A DNA stretch of 63,123 bases, counting the filler, from Dirinaria sp. TL-2023a (lineage: Eukaryota): NCBI GenBank assembly GCA_051941275.1. It is 49 parts of 49 records of this genome, joined end to end, with 100 filler letters (N's around TTAATTAATTAA, not from the genome) between each part and the next. Parts side by side here need not be neighbours in the genome. Positions count along the whole stretch, not along the records: positions 50,559 to 51,729 come from JAVEBF010002932.1; positions 51,830 to 52,998 come from JAVEBF010002933.1; positions 53,099 to 54,267 come from JAVEBF010002934.1; positions 54,368 to 55,535 come from JAVEBF010002935.1; positions 55,636 to 56,803 come from JAVEBF010002936.1; positions 56,904 to 58,069 come from JAVEBF010002937.1; positions 58,170 to 59,334 come from JAVEBF010002938.1; positions 59,435 to 60,598 come from JAVEBF010002939.1; 41 more parts are not named here. One strand, written 5' to 3'. Below, in pieces: positions 51,084 through 63,123 of this stretch. A model generated the notes under the pieces. The model saw nothing but the letters and a program-made list of their open reading frames with translations, made no database searches and was not told the origin of the DNA. The stretch's first letter is position 1. Every line of letters begins with the position of its first letter. The position numbers were made by a program, and so were the translations under genes.

Positions 51084-52500
51084 GCCGGAAAACTCTAGCC
51101 AAGTCCGACTATTGGTCTTTTGTCAAACGAGGTCACTGATTACACGTCAAATCAGTCGCGAACGATGAGAACTGCAGCTGGCGACGAGATAAGTATTGAA
51201 ACGGACGTGCGATGAAGAAAACCCGGGGTAAGAGTTGCACATCTAGCTTCCATCTAGCTTTGCTCGCATGTGGAACAAACGCACACAATGGCGTCTTTAC
51301 GGTCACTAAATCCTTAGTGTCTATCAATAGCCTCGCCAAGCATAACGGTCTGCTAAGCTACTGTAAGAACCCTTCAGAGGCATCAGGGGCTTCAACTCAT
51401 CGACAAGAAATCTCGCGTGCCCAGTGTGAGAGACACATCAGAGGCTTGAAGTTAGCGAAAAGAAATCTCCTAGCTTAGTACGGCGTACTGTACTGCCTCG
51501 TGGAAGCGGGAGAAACCAAAAGCCTAACCGATTGATCAGAAGTTCTCATGGCTTGGAACGGCGTTCTCGGTAAGAGAGAACTCGGGTAAGAGACGTTTGT
51601 ATGATAATCGTTATTGTTAATTTGTTCCGTACGTACCTGGTAGTAGTGAACCACCTAAGATATTCTTCAGGTAGCGGGGTCAATGTTTTCCCCATCTTTC
51701 ATCACAGCTCAGGACCAACTGGCAAGTCTNNNNNNNNNNNNNNNNNNNNNNNNNNNNNNNNNNNNNNNNNNNNTTAATTAATTAANNNNNNNNNNNNNNN
51801 NNNNNNNNNNNNNNNNNNNNNNNNNNNNNAAATTGATATGGGTGGCCAGTAGTACTTGAAGTATCTGATCGTATCGAACGCACGCGTTGCGAAATCGAGA
51901 TAAAAAAAAAAGGAGGCCACCAACATCTTTTTCATAAGTGTGTGTGTAGAGAGAAAGAGCCTTTTTCGTAGAAATCATCCGTTGCTTTCCCTGCAAACGG
52001 ACTTACAAAACTTACAGAACGCCCCTTTACGGTTTGTTGCCATTGCATTAAGGGAATCTGGGAATGAGTAAGGGAGGGTGGTAAGCAGGTAGGAGTTAGA
52101 AAAGAAGAGGGTGAATAGGTAATGTAAGGGACGTCTACATATATATATGTACATGAGTAGGAATAAGGTATATCTTTGGTTTGTACCTGGTTGAGGAATG
52201 GGAAGGTTAGATTCAATGCCTGGGGCCAGGGCTGGGCAGAGTAGGGCAGAGCTGGTGTGGAGATTTGAAGCGAACACTTACCTATAGATGCGTGGAAAAG
52301 AGAAGGGGATAGGGGAAAACTAATGGGAGAGAAAAAATATCTGGCGCGCAATGTTGGGAATGCTGAGTCGATCTACGTTTTTTTTTTTTTTTCTTTGGTG
52401 ATGTAAAGGCTTTTTCTAGAAAGAATTGAAAAACTCCGTTGTTCGTTTGATATCAAAAAAAAAAAACCTGACTAAGGTAATTAGGCCGGGTATCCGGCAT

Positions 52501-52938
52501 TTAGATGAGATGCTTCGACCTGTGCGTAACAAATCAGCTTCTCGTGTTCCCCCCTTAACCCACTCTCGCACTCTAAGAAAACTATAATGAAAAACGAAAA
52601 AAAAAGAGGGGACAAAGAAATGCAAAAAGAACCATACCTAAAATAAGCCCTCAGATACACCACCTGCCACGCGCCCAACCCGACCAACATGCCCATGGTC
52701 CCAAACGCAAACCACTTGACGCGCTCGTTCGTGCTCTCGTTCGTGTCGCGCAGCTTCTGCTCGCGCGACCGCAGGTAATCCATCTCGCTCACGATCTCGC
52801 CCACCAGTTCCTCGATGCGCCGCAGCTCCGTCTCGACCGGCTTCAGCTTCTCCTGCGCCTGGATCGCGGACCAGTCCCGCGCGTCGGCGCCGATGTCGAT
52901 GTCCAGTTCTATGTGCCGCGTCGGGTTCATGACCGGAT
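52501..52938 (-). CDS. ERV25: p24 delta cargo receptor Erv25, last two exons
   Basis: [13 protein letters not shown]...[10 protein letters not shown]...[32 protein letters not shown]. Confidence 0.93.
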
Positions 52939-53230
52939 CTGAGGGGAGTTTTTTGCGTTTGAGTAAAGTTTTTTTAAGGGGGGGGTTGGGGTTAAAAGNN
53001 NNNNNNNNNNNNNNNNNNNNNNNNNNNNNNNNNNNNNNNNNNTTAATTAATTAANNNNNNNNNNNNNNNNNNNNNNNNNNNNNNNNNNNNNNNNNNNNAA
53101 AGGAGACGCCGTATTAGAATGCGTCAGGGAACTCTTTTTCTTCTTCATTTCTACTGAGTTGAGAGATTTTTAATGAGTTTCAAATAAGTCGCAAATGCAC
53201 TAAAGATCAGTGCTCAGAAAAGAAAACAAA

Positions 53231-53642
53231 TGTAACAGTAATATCTGATACATTGATATATATTGATCAATGCAGACTAGCGCCGCTTGACAGCCGAGAG
53301 TGCTCAGAGACAATTCTTCGAGGTCTGAAGCATTACTAACGTCGTCTAGAAATCAGCGTCGAAAGATTGAATCTCGAGATTAACTAAAAATCAGTGAGCG
53401 ATTGACGCTTATAGAGCATTGTGTCTACGAGCGCTCGTGACTCGTCAGCGCGTGGCTCGTCATGATGAGGCAATGTTAACGCTCGCGGTTAAGTATAGAG
53501 AATCACTCACCCTTTCGAAGAGGGTCCTTAGTGATTAGTTCTAGCAGGAACTACAGAATCAGGTAGCTATATAATCTATTACACTGCCACGTCTTTTACA
53601 CAAGTACTGCGTCGGCGGGTAACCGGCGCATACGATCTTATA
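53231..53642 (+). mobile_element. LTR family B copy
   Basis: TGTAACAG...CTTATA (terminal CA>TA); matches the other copies. Confidence 0.9.
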
Positions 53643-54267
53643 ATTCTTCTCATGCAATTGATCGTTGAGACTCAGATTTAAGATTCTCTTTTGCTCAAAA
53701 TCTTGTTTGAACATCTGAAGTCTTTCTTGAGCTCTCATGATCTGATTCATTGCATCGTCTCTCATTTTCTTCATCTTTCTTCACTTTTTTACACAGCGCA
53801 ATGCTGCATCGCGTTTCACTCGATACTTCTTTATAAGATCGAAAACAGCATCGCCGTCGTTGCGAACTCAATGTTTCAATTGATCGACATTGTTTATGAT
53901 TTCGAGAATGAGGGTCTGATCTGCTCTCGAAGAAGTCTTTATCGAATCATCTGACAACATCGACACGCGGCGATCTTCTGTCTTCTGTCACAAGTCTTTC
54001 ATCATTGAGGAAAGATTCTCATCGTCAATTGAGTTATTGACGAAGATAGAAGTCTGACTCTGAGTGATCGAAACTCGAGAATTTTGTATCTGTCTAGACA
54101 TCTTGATCTTATAGATCTTATATCGTAAGTCTTCTTATTATGAGATTCTTAATCTTGCAATTGCTTGATCTACTCGTGCAACGCCGACGAGTGCAAAGAT
54201 AAGGGTGATAGATAGTGTAATATCAGGGTCTGCACAGCGCTCAATGGCATATGAGTACAAATAGACT
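53643..54267 (-). mobile_element. Family E 5' LTR end (54221-54267), PBS/leader and gag 5' part (ATG at 54101)
   Basis: Homologous to 32630-33110. Confidence 0.8.
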
Positions 54268-54494
54268 NNNNNNNNNNNNNNNNNNNNNNNNNNNNNNNNN
54301 NNNNNNNNNNNTTAATTAATTAANNNNNNNNNNNNNNNNNNNNNNNNNNNNNNNNNNNNNNNNNNNNGAAGGGGAGGAGGTGGTGGAGGGGTTTTGGAAT
54401 AAGTGAGGTGGCTTTTTGAGTGGGGAGGTCAGAGTGATTCTCTTGTTAAAGGTTTAGGATCGATTGAATTGGCACCAGATAACTCAATATCTGT

Positions 54495-55535
54495 CTAGTC
54501 CCTCGTCCTATTCGGCGTCCACCGCTTCATCATCATTTCTCTGACCTTGTACCTGCCTAACAGCCGCGTGATATCATCCTTCTCCTCCTCTTCCGACGGC
54601 GGAACTTCAACAAAACAAATCACCAGATTCTTCAGAACCTGGCTTTGGACTCGGTTCACTGCGTGCAGCCACCACCAACTCTTCGAGCTGCTCATTTCTT
54701 TTCCCTTCCAAGCCTCGTACGCATAGCTCGGGATGATGATCACCGAGAACTGGGCGTGGGCAAACGCTGGGCCTCGGTTGTAGAGGAGGTAATCGACGCC
54801 GAATTTGATCCCTGAGCGGACCACCCAGCCTAGAGAGCGGAAGTGGTGGTAGGCTACATAGGAGATGAGGAAGGGGTCGGAGGGGGAGAGCGCGGTTGAG
54901 CGGACGGGGGGAAAATAAGAGTGTGTGCGGAACAGGCATAAGAGTTCGGTAGTTGAGAGCGGAGCCGGACTTTTGGTGTCGGTGAGGTTTGTAGGGTATA
55001 TCTCCAAGGCGCCGAGCCCGTATGTTAGGAAGAAGGCTTCTTCTGGCGTTAACTGGAGGTGCTCTTGGTTGATGATAGGAGGGGGTAACATTTCTTCATC
55101 GTTAACAATTGAGGCTACTGAGTCGTGAGTCGCTTGTGGGGAGAGGATGGCTAGGTCAGCGGCGTCCTCAGCGAGAGGAGGTTCGAAGCTAGTAGGTTCT
55201 ATGCCGACGGATACTGTAGTTTTATGATGCTGTTCTGTAACGTAGCTGTCGTGCTGTAGCTGATAGCCAGAAACAAGACTGCTATCCAAACCACTTCTTC
55301 CCTCGTTCCTCAAACTCTCCTCGATCGCCTCCCTTTCTCTCTTTGCTCTTTCATTTTTGAAATGCTTCCTTTCCTCCCGTCTCTGCCTTGTGTTCTCTTC
55401 GCTAGTGTCTTTCGCTACAATACCCTGACGCCTCTTCTCTCGTTCGAGCCAGGTCGGTTCGCTTCTGCTCAAGCTCCCCTTACCAAAAAATCCTTTCTCC
55501 CATAAAGCTCGGATTGTTACCTCATCCGTCACATG
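54495..55535 (-). CDS. SEN2: tRNA-splicing endonuclease subunit Sen2, 5' truncated
   Basis: LWEKGFFGKGSLSRSEPTW, EHLQLTPEEAFFL, YHHFRSLGWVVRSGIKFGVDYLLYNRGPAFAHA, RWTPNRTRD*. Confidence 0.96.
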   Translation of the reverse strand, partial: HVTDEVTIRALWEKGFFGKGSLSRSEPTWLEREKRRQGIVAKDTSEENTRQRREERKHFKNERAKREREAIEESLRNEGRSGLDSSLVSGYQLQHDSYVTEQHHKTTVSVGIEPTSFEPPLAEDAADLAILSPQATHDSVASIVNDEEMLPPPIINQEHLQLTPEEAFFLTYGLGALEIYPTNLTDTKSPAPLSTTELLCLFRTHSYFPPVRSTALSPSDPFLISYVAYHHFRSLGWVVRSGIKFGVDYLLYNRGPAFAHAQFSVIIIPSYAYEAWKGKEMSSSKSWWWLHAVNRVQSQVLKNLVICFVEVPPSEEEEKDDITRLLGRYKVREMMMKRWTPNRTRD

Positions 55536-55642
55536 NNNNNNNNNNNNNNNNNNNNNNNNNNNNNNNNNNNNNNNNNNNNTTAATTAATTAANNNNNNNNN
55601 NNNNNNNNNNNNNNNNNNNNNNNNNNNNNNNNNNNGAGGTAC

Positions 55643-55885
55643 ACTTTGGGATACTCCCATATTGCAGGTCGGAAGCGCTCTTGGATGTCGCAGATGCTGT
55701 TCGCGGGGTGGATGTTCTTATCAGTCGGTTTGGCTTTCGGGAGATTTTGGGGGGAAGTCAAAGCAAAAAGGAGCAGTCGTACAAGAGAGCCGGGTTTGCT
55801 ATTAAATCATGACCGGTCAGTTTCTTGGCTTGAAAAGAACATAAGGTAGGGAGATTCACTCACGAAAACGTCCTCTTCGAGCCAT
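55643..55885 (-). CDS. Isochorismatase-family hydrolase, first three micro-exons
   Basis: Splicing at GT-AG sites gives MARRGRFPNPALFICDIQERFRPAIWEYPKV. Confidence 0.75.
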
Positions 55886-56454
55886 GACGTTGTGTATAGA
55901 ACGGCGGGCCGGAGCCGGAGAGACCAATGCCAATTAAAGACCGAATATGTTGCGTCTCTGGATTTTCCCTCGGATTACCTTGAAGAACATGAGATTGAAA
56001 AGTAGGTACGGAGTAGGTCAACTCAAAAGTCTCCCCCTCCCCCCTCCCCTCTCCCTTTCGTTGCTACCCCGCGATTCGTCGGCGAAACCTCGGTCGACGG
56101 TACCTCGTACACGAGACGGACCAGTGCGTTACGCTTATGCAGGAACACCGCAAGCCATCGAAATTGCTTCCAGAGCTCTCCGACTACTGCGCCATGTCTT
56201 TTTCTTCTTCTTTCCCTCCCCTTGCTCTTGCTCTCTCTCTTCTCTCTTCCTTTTCCCATCTGTTCTGATTTCCAATAAGAATTCAATCGCTTTTCATTCT
56301 TCATAAATCCACCAAATCTTCCTAATCACTGGCTCAATTGATTACATAAAAAAACCCCCCCCGCAACTTGCGCGCAGCTAGCTACCGCACAGACACCCCC
56401 CAGCCACGAAGAGAAAAAAAAAGAAAAAGCTTCCCCTCGCTCCCCCTTTAAACC

Positions 56455-56803
56455 ATGGCCGAAGTGCGCATCAACCCTGACGACCCTGCCGCCGGCGAAG
56501 ATGCCAGCGACGTCGAGATGCGAGGCGGCGACGACGACGACGTGGTCGAGATTGGCGAAACGGCCGGCGCTGGAGCCGGCGGAGGAGAAGGATTAGGCGA
56601 ACTGCCAGGAGCAGGGGCAGTGGAAGATGAGGCTGCGAAGTCGGCGCGGGTGACTTTTGTTGAGTCCGTATATTCCCTAAAAACTATGCATAAGGGCAAA
56701 GCAATTTGGAAAAGAGGATTTTTTTGATCTGACGGAAAGGACATTTCGAAAAATGAAGCTATCTGAAATCCCCCATCGTCGAGCTGGCAATCGGTTCCGG
56801 AGA
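56455..56803 (+). CDS. BTB/POZ-like domain protein, N-terminal part with one intron
   Basis: Acidic N-terminus then spliced RVTFVDYLKSPIVELAIGSG; divergent from the isochorismatase gene. Confidence 0.65.
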
Positions 56804-57409
56804 NNNNNNNNNNNNNNNNNNNNNNNNNNNNNNNNNNNNNNNNNNNNTTAATTAATTAANNNNNNNNNNNNNNNNNNNNNNNNNNNNNNNNNNNNNNNNN
56901 NNNGAATACGTGTTAAACATTATTAATCATGCTCGTGATATCGAATTTTATAATGTTTTCAATCAATTAACATAAATTTATAAAAACATTGACGTTGTTT
57001 TGAAACAAAATATCGATTTTTTAACTAAAAACATTATTTTGAAAAAGTTTATAAAAAACTTGAAACAAAAAAATTAATTTGATTCGAAATTTATAACGTC
57101 TAACATCAATTCAGTCATAATAAAACGTTCAATATTAAATAAATGCGAAATCAATCAAAGTATTTTAACGACAGTGTTAATTTATTTCGTTAATTTATTT
57201 TTTATGTTAATGATTCAAACATCAACTCGTATCGCAACGATAATTTTCAATCACAATGACAAATGTATTAATTCTCAATTCAACAACAAAAATTTAATTA
57301 ATTTAAATCGAATCGTGATTTTCAATATTAGCAATCGCAGTGACAAAAATATTTAAACGCAAACGCGAACACGTCGTCGAATCAATAACGTTCGAATTCA
57401 ACATAAATA

Positions 57410-58069
57410 TTTTTTTTTTTTAATTCTTACTCGATTCAACACCCACAAGGGGCTTATGCGAGATCTCTATACTTATATCGGCGGCGCGTCAGCGCTGCGT
57501 CGACTCTTTTCTTATTACGTGCAGTTTTCTTTATTCATAGTACTAGAAAATCCTTCATGCGAGGACTTTATGAGTCTAAGAATCTGAAGAGAGAGTAGTC
57601 GTCTGAAACTGACTGAGTAAATCAGTGAATAAAATCATGCGTATCGTCGCTGTGACATCAATGACGTTATCGAGCAGTTTTCTCACATCTGTGATGTTAT
57701 TCGTTTTTCGTTGCATCTTTAGTTTTTTCTGTCTTTACGTAAAACACGTTAATAACACGTGTTTGATTGTTATGCGATCTTGTTCGCAGTCGCAAATCTC
57801 TGTGATCATTTCAGAGACGAATCGCTCGTTTAAAAATTGATTGAAATTTATTTTACTCGTTCTCAGCTGTGTAAACAAAACGTTGTGTGATTTCGCTCGA
57901 TCATCGTGAAATCGCATATGACGCTGAATTATCGTAAACGTCAACGCGCGATAATGAGCTTCGTTGATATCTTTTTTTCACTTTTTTCGTCATTTTGCGA
58001 GAGTTTGTTCTTGAATCAGCGTTATTTTGACAACAAATTCACACGTCAGTTGATCGAGCAGCGAATATT
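57410..58069 (-). mobile_element. Tad1-like LINE 3' end with poly(A), second copy
   Basis: Reverse complement matches 1319-1830; T-run 57410-57421. Confidence 0.85.
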
Positions 58070-59434
58070 NNNNNNNNNNNNNNNNNNNNNNNNNNNNNNN
58101 NNNNNNNNNNNNNTTAATTAATTAANNNNNNNNNNNNNNNNNNNNNNNNNNNNNNNNNNNNNNNNNNNNAAAAAAATATCTTGGAATATTTCGGCTCAAT
58201 TAGATATCAAGTCGACGTTTCGATTTTAGTGAGCTGCATCATAACATAGTACAGAGATTTAATTGACTCGCTCTTGTTTTTATTTATCTTGACGACATCA
58301 ATTCGACTGATCATATAAACGATCACAATCTCAAGTATTTAATCTTTCTTGAGATGACTAACTATGTCAGAGAGTACTAATATTCGTAGAATCGTCTGCG
58401 AAGAAAATCTGCTAGACTTCTCTAATATAAAACAAGGGGTTACTGGATCGCATATTAGATATTTGTTGCAATATGACAGGAAGGATAGAATTCTAGTGTT
58501 GCGTGACAACGTTCAAAAAGTGGAAAAACGAGTATATTCAGATCTAAGTTGCTAGATTCAGAAGGATCGTCTATATATCATAAAAAGTAGCTAGTCTAAA
58601 TACGATATAGCAATAAAGAGATAACTAGAAAGTCGTTTCAAAATGCGATCGTCAGAGTCTTTAGAACGATAATCAGCGTCATTGAGTCAGTAATCCTAAT
58701 TCACTCAATAATATTATATCATATCATAACAATCTGCTCATTATAAAAAATATAAGACATCGATCTCGATGTCAATTTTATGCATCTGTTTTTCTCAATA
58801 ACAGTTTATTGAATCGACGAAATAAGTAAGTCGAAATTGCGAGTCTCTGTGAACGACTATGAAAAAATAATAATTAAATTACGCAGTATCAAATCGTTAA
58901 ACGACATAATGAATAGATGTTGTCGTATCGATGTAATCGCAATAACATTTGATCGTTTTTTTTTAAATATACTTTGATGTTTGAAATTATAAATCTTAGC
59001 GATTTGCATTTGAGCGAATGTTATAACATTCGCAACTGCAATACGTGTTGCAAACTTGCAATTGATGTGATGATGTGCTTTGTGAAAAAACTTTATTAAA
59101 TTGACGAATTGCAAAAATGTATATCATATATTGTTTTATTAAAAATGTGCTTAATAATCGCGAGTCGATCGTTAATAATTTCACGCTAAATACGAAATCA
59201 AATCGCGATTTATTTGATAAAATTCGACATGTCAACAAAATAAAATTAAAAAACAATCTCAACAATTTGATTAATTTTTTCATTTTAATCGTTCGTCTGT
59301 GAATGATAAATCGTAATATACATGAGTTTAATGCNNNNNNNNNNNNNNNNNNNNNNNNNNNNNNNNNNNNNNNNNNNNTTAATTAATTAANNNNNNNNNN
59401 NNNNNNNNNNNNNNNNNNNNNNNNNNNNNNNNNN

Positions 59435-59690
59435 AATTTGATTTGTTCGCGTTGTGATTTTTTGCTGCTAATGTCTCATTTTGAATAATTATTTTCGAAG
59501 ACTTCGCTCATGATATCGCGATATAAATCTGTCGTCGTGACGTAAACTTTTCACTCAATGTTTGACGTATTCATCTTCTTTTGAGCTCGAGTAACGTCGC
59601 TTTGAGCTTTGATCTACGATCTCTTCTAGAGCTTATGTCGCGCTTTATGCGTGCCACCGCTGCTTCGATCGCTTTTCCCGAGTCCCTTGC
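59435..59690 (-). mobile_element. LINE ORF2 fragment, copy of about 33426-33680
   Basis: Direct sequence match with transition differences. Confidence 0.75.
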
Positions 59691-59815
59691 AATATGACAT
59701 ACGTTATAAATCTTTTGCTCAGTATTTTATTAAACTCTCTGATTGATCGTGTTTTTAAAAAATATAAATTGCAAGTTTAAAAATTTACACGTTTTTTCGA
59801 TCATTTTCTCGTTTA

Positions 59816-60598
59816 TGTCAGGACCGATGCAGAAGGTATGATCTATGCAGGTGCTATCAACTAAATACACAAAGTATAAAGAAGAAAAGAAATCTATGAA
59901 CTGGAACTAGGCATAATATGAATGTGTGGGCGTTGGACTCTGATCGGCCGGACCGATCATCACTTGGGATGCGCTAACCTCGATTAGATCAAAACTCAAC
60001 ATCACACACAAAAATCTTGTAAAAAATGACTCGAGTAACAACAGTGAGAATCAGACTCGTAACACTATCTCTCTCTCTCAAAAGACGATGTTCTCATCGC
60101 GTGTATGTTTTAGTCATGACGTCGATGACGTCTCTGCGAAGATTTGTTATTGTTGACGTCTCTCGTCTTGTCGAAATATCGATGATGATAGTTCTGAGTG
60201 ATGTTCTTCGCATGCATAAACTCGTCATTATCGATATCGTATCATGTCAAATCTTTACTCTTTTCTTTTACTCATCGACAACGATATTGTAATCTCTCAT
60301 AATGTCAGCGTGAGCTGATTATGTCGATTAACTCTCATTCATCGTTTTCGTTGATGACGATTTTGTCGAGAGATTCTTGTATTTGACTCGATAAAGAATT
60401 TTCGAAATTTTTGCGCAACAGACTTAAGTAAAATATATTGTGTATTCTCATGATGTCAGAGAGTTGAAGCTCATAAAAGATTTCTATAATTTTGATTATC
60501 GAGAAAGATTTTAGCATCTTGTTTTCGATTTTTCTTGAAGATTTATCGATGACAATGTTTTTGCTCGATAGAAGTATTATGTTCTCAACGTTATAAAA
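59816..60598 (-). mobile_element. 3' end of a chromovirus: integrase C-terminus, chromodomain, PPT and 3' LTR (59816-60064)
   Basis: YELQLSDIMRIHNIFYLSLL, E*ELIDIISSR..RLQYRCR*, purine tract GAGAGAGAGAGATAG abutting TGTTACGAG. Confidence 0.85.
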
Positions 60599-61961
60599 NN
60601 NNNNNNNNNNNNNNNNNNNNNNNNNNNNNNNNNNNNNNNNNNTTAATTAATTAANNNNNNNNNNNNNNNNNNNNNNNNNNNNNNNNNNNNNNNNNNNNGA
60701 GGAGGAGGAGGAGGAGGAAGAGGAGGATGGGGCTGAGTCAGTATGGAAAAAGCATTTTTGTGTTGAGATTGACAGACGGATAAAATTGGTGAAAAATTAT
60801 AGATGTTTGGTGGGGAGAAGAGGATATGGAAAGCATTTAGACAGAAAATAAGGAGTATGGAGAGAGGTGATGTGCGTAGCAGAGTAAGAGGAAGAGGAAA
60901 GTGGCCATTCATTTTTCTCGCTTCCTATTCAGATATCGTTCTGATATCTATATCAGAATTGTCTTCTCGGCACGTAATCTACCGAGACAATGCCCCTTCC
61001 TAACATCGAAATAAATTAATGCTGATCTGAAAGATTTCGTGCTGATCTTTATAAAATGGGTATAGAGCATTTTTCAGCTGATGCTCTTCTTTTTGGATGG
61101 TCTCTGATATATATCATGGAGGGTAATTCGTCCTGACTTGTACTCGTACGAGTAACGTCTTTTTTTCTTCTCAGAGTTCTTCCAATAAAGTCTCTTCTCA
61201 AAAGGAACATTATTTTTTTTTCTCCTTTCTGCCGGTCATATTAAATCTCAAGATGTTTCCTTGAAAAGCAGAAGTCAAATATATATAGCCATTCGTTTGT
61301 TTTTTGTTGTTGGTTCGAATACGAATATGAGTGAGATACTTAGACATGCGTGGCACGCTTTTTGTATTTAATGGGTGGTAGCTGCTTTCTTGTCAGGGCA
61401 CATGAAAATTTGGCTTCCCACCTCGAGGTTGCAATAGAGCAGTAACTTTTTTTTTTAGTCAAGCTAATTGTAGTCGATGTCTCCCTCGCACGAGCTTCTG
61501 TTTGATTCGTGTAACTACATTAGTAGTAGATATTATTTCGCTACTGTTCTGATGGGCTTTCAATGACTACCTCGCAGATTAACAAAAATTTTCAAACAAA
61601 TGTGCGTTTCTTCTTCATGAAATTATGATACTGGAAAAACACGGTCAGCAAGAAAAATAAACGCAAGAACCGGCTCATATGTGAGCTTCAGCAAAGTACA
61701 TCTGCTTATGTTGTGCCGAGAGCTTATCAATGAAGCTTCCTAGCGAGAGACAACCGATACGCAGAAGCTATGCCATGATGATAAATTATCTCGGATCTGC
61801 TAAATCATGCACCGTCTTTCATACCGCTAGTTTTGAAGCCCCATCGAGTTTTTGGAGGGGGNNNNNNNNNNNNNNNNNNNNNNNNNNNNNNNNNNNNNNN
61901 NNNNNTTAATTAATTAANNNNNNNNNNNNNNNNNNNNNNNNNNNNNNNNNNNNNNNNNNNN

Positions 61962-62283
61962 TCTGATATTTCTAGAATCTTAAGTCTAGTTCGAAGGTAT
62001 TACTTCTGATCTAAAATGAGACAAATCGTTACTCAATTTGTACGAAATTGTTATGATTGTTTAAAATCAAAGGCATCTCTGAATAAATACAATGACTTAT
62101 TAGTATTCGCGTCAGTGTCGCAGCAACGATGACAAAATATTTTTATGAACTTCATTATCGATCTTTCTATATCAAGAGAAAAGAATGCGATTTACATTAT
62201 CATTGATAAATTGATCAAAGAACGACATTACATATCTTGCACTACGTCTGATGAAGATATCACTGCAGAAGCAACAGCAAAGA
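61962..62283 (+). mobile_element. Gypsy integrase fragment, RIP-decayed
   Basis: YF*SKMRQIVTQFVRNCYDC...R*QNIFMNFIIDLS...IIDKLIKERHYISC. Confidence 0.85.
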
Positions 62284-62634
62284 TGTCATGATACTTTGAC
62301 CCTTACGACCTAGTGACTTATTACGTGAGATGGGTGAAAGCTTTCTCAAGGTTCTCTGAGATCAGTAGAACTCAAGCGGATACTCGAAAACTTCTAGATG
62401 ATTTGATGTCATCGCTCTATAAGCGCTGCGTAGACTTCAGTACAATATATTCGCAATACTGCCAAGTGATTGCGGGGTCGTATAGAATAAAGAGGTCATT
62501 CTCATCTCGAGAACTTAAGTTTCTCAGTAATTAGTCTTGATAGTCATAGACTTCTTGTTTCTCATACTGTTGCACATTGCCACATAATCTAGCTAGTACT
62601 TGATTTTCATAAGGAACTTCTTACTAGCATAACA
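62284..62634 (+). mobile_element. 5' LTR of family F inserted into the integrase fragment
   Basis: TGTCATG...CATAACA termini, TATAGA at 62481, followed by PBS-like ATT-CTAATTACT. Confidence 0.72.
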
Positions 62635-62653
62635 ATTCTAATTACTCTTCTTC

Positions 62654-63123
62654 TGTAACAGTGATACCTGATACATTGGTATATATTGACCAATGCACGC
62701 TAGCGCCGCTTGGCAGCCGGGGGTGCCCAGGGGCAATCCTTCCGGGTCTGAAGCATGGCTAGCGCCGTCTAGGAGTCAGCGTCGAAAGGTTGAATTCCGA
62801 GACTAACTAGAAGTCAGTGAGCGGTTGACGCTTATAGAGCATTGTGTCTACGAGCGCTCGTGATCCGTCAGCGCGAGGCTCGTCATGGTGAGGCAATGTT
62901 AACGCTCGCGATTAAGTATAGAGAATCACTCACTTTTTCGAAGAGAGTTCTGAGTAATTAGTTCTAGCAGAAACTACAGTATGAGGTAGCTATATAATCT
63001 ATTACACTGTCACGTCTTTCACACAAGTACTACGTCGACGAATAATCGACGCATACGATCTTACAGTTTTAATCACTTCAATCTTTTGAAGAGAAAGACT
63101 CGAAGTGTAATAGTGATGACGTT
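62654..63123 (+). mobile_element. 5' LTR of family B (62654-63065) plus leader
   Basis: Matches the reverse complement of about 35326-35795. Confidence 0.92.

Noticed and set aside
58365..58731. Possible LTR (TGTCAG...TAACA)
   Set aside because: No TSD, no second copy in the window and no clear PBS or PPT.
1219..61961. Regularly spaced TTAATTAATTAA repeats resembling an array
   Set aside because: They are embedded in Ns at fixed geometry: a synthetic linker. ORFs ending in X-runs or LIN are artefacts of it.
1..63123. Apparent gene cluster (P450, epoxide hydrolase, GT32, hydrolases, NLR, TA)
   Set aside because: Contigs are ordered by length only, so co-occurrence carries no linkage information.

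Overview
This window is not a continuous locus. It is 49 short contigs (1218 bp falling steadily to 1162 bp, i.e. sorted by length) joined by 48 artificial 100-bp linkers (N44-TTAATTAATTAA-N44), so neighbouring blocks have no biological adjacency. Almost all contigs come from a filamentous ascomycete. They hold intron-containing genes or gene fragments (dienelactone hydrolase, SEN2, ERV25, Bud27-like, GT32 mannosyltransferase, epoxide hydrolase, HAD hydrolase, isochorismatase, BTB and ZZ domains) and many RIP-decayed mobile elements (several Ty3/gypsy LTR families, Tad1-like LINEs, a DIRS/Ngaro-type RT, a MULE transposase, Starship-type relics). One contig (2637-3853) is bacterial. It carries a Panacea (DUF4065/SocA) antitoxin overlapping a 116-aa ORF I cannot assign, followed by an orphan 3' tail of a GH63-type glucosidase; this is the best candidate for an undescribed system. 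Also notable: Tf1-like self-priming signals in three LTR families (one with an apparent compensatory change), a RIP-like spectrum biased to CpC rather than CpA, and an in-frame captain-like/P450 chimera. All family calls are motif recognition by eye, with no database search.
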